From an uncultured Oscillospiraceae bacterium (lineage in GTDB: Bacteria; Bacillota; Clostridia; Oscillospirales; Acutalibacteraceae): DNA of 28,150 nucleotides. A program made the translations under genes and the position numbers. Location: positions 1-28,150 of the forward strand of contig USHL01000001.1 of assembly GCA_900554525.1 (NCBI GenBank), read 5' to 3'. Shown here in pieces: positions 27,768 to 28,150 of the stretch (position 1 is its first letter; every line of letters starts with the position of its first letter). The notes under the pieces are model-generated. The model worked only from the letters and a program-made list of their open reading frames with translations. It was not told the origin of the DNA and searched no databases.

Positions 27768-28150
27768 ATGATAGTTTTAAAACCGATATGTTCTGACAAT
27801 ATAAACGATTTCAATGAAACATCATACAACGGGATGTCTTCAAAACAAAAGCAGGATATGATAACGGAAAGTATAAACAAAATTCATAACGGAGCTTATT
27901 TTGAACTTCTGGCAGTATATGAAAACGATTTGATCATCGGCTTTATGAGCCTTTTTGCGCACTCAAAGCATATTATCAGCTGCGGTCCCGTCATTAAGAA
28001 ATCTTTTCAAAATAAAGGCTTCGGTTTTTCAGCTGAAACTTCAGCGTTGGAATATGCCAAATCAAGGGGCTACACGATTGCCGTAGCCGGTGTTGATGAA
28101 AGCAATGCCGCAAGTATTGCACTGCATGAAAAATTAGGGTTTGAAATGGA
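27768..28150 (+). CDS. GNAT family N-acetyltransferase, runs off the window end
   Basis: Not in the ORF track (no stop in window). My translation: MIVLKPICSDN...IIGFMSL...FQNKGFG...VDESNAASIALHEKLGFEM, with GNAT motif A and N..S..L..KLGF. Confidence 0.88.
   Translation, partial: MIVLKPICSDNINDFNETSYNGMSSKQKQDMITESINKIHNGAYFELLAVYENDLIIGFMSLFAHSKHIISCGPVIKKSFQNKGFGFSAETSALEYAKSRGYTIAVAGVDESNAASIALHEKLGFEM

Noticed and set aside
1..28150. CRISPR array, retron/reverse transcriptase, prophage or defence system
   Set aside because: I found no regularly spaced direct repeats and no RT, nuclease, phage or toxin signatures.

Overview
A mostly housekeeping window from a moderately GC-rich Clostridia-like (probably Oscillospirales-type) chromosome; the taxonomy is inferred from gene order and protein style. 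Bases 1-51 are Illumina adapter, not genomic DNA. A tandem pair of small hypothetical paralogs follows, converging on a complete S10-spc-alpha ribosomal protein superoperon on the minus strand (rpsJ to rplQ, including secY, adk, map, a KOW protein, infA, rpmJ, rpsD and rpoA). lepA lies divergent from rpsJ, followed by an M15B (LdcB/VanY-like) peptidase and two paralogous membrane proteins. A 1316-bp IS3-family element sits in the loop of the htpG terminator. htpG has a perfect CIRCE, a CtsR-like box and a long 5' hairpin. The window ends with a NatAB-like ABC exporter, a GNAT acetyltransferase, tRNA-Ser(GGA), and an AT-rich ferredoxin plus partial GNAT. I see no unambiguous new multi-gene system. 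The best leads are: a nested structured RNA downstream of rplQ; the IS that splits the htpG terminator and replaces a neighbour's C-terminus; the layered htpG control region; an unusual uL22 tunnel loop (PKDHGRA); and two uncharacterised paralog pairs.
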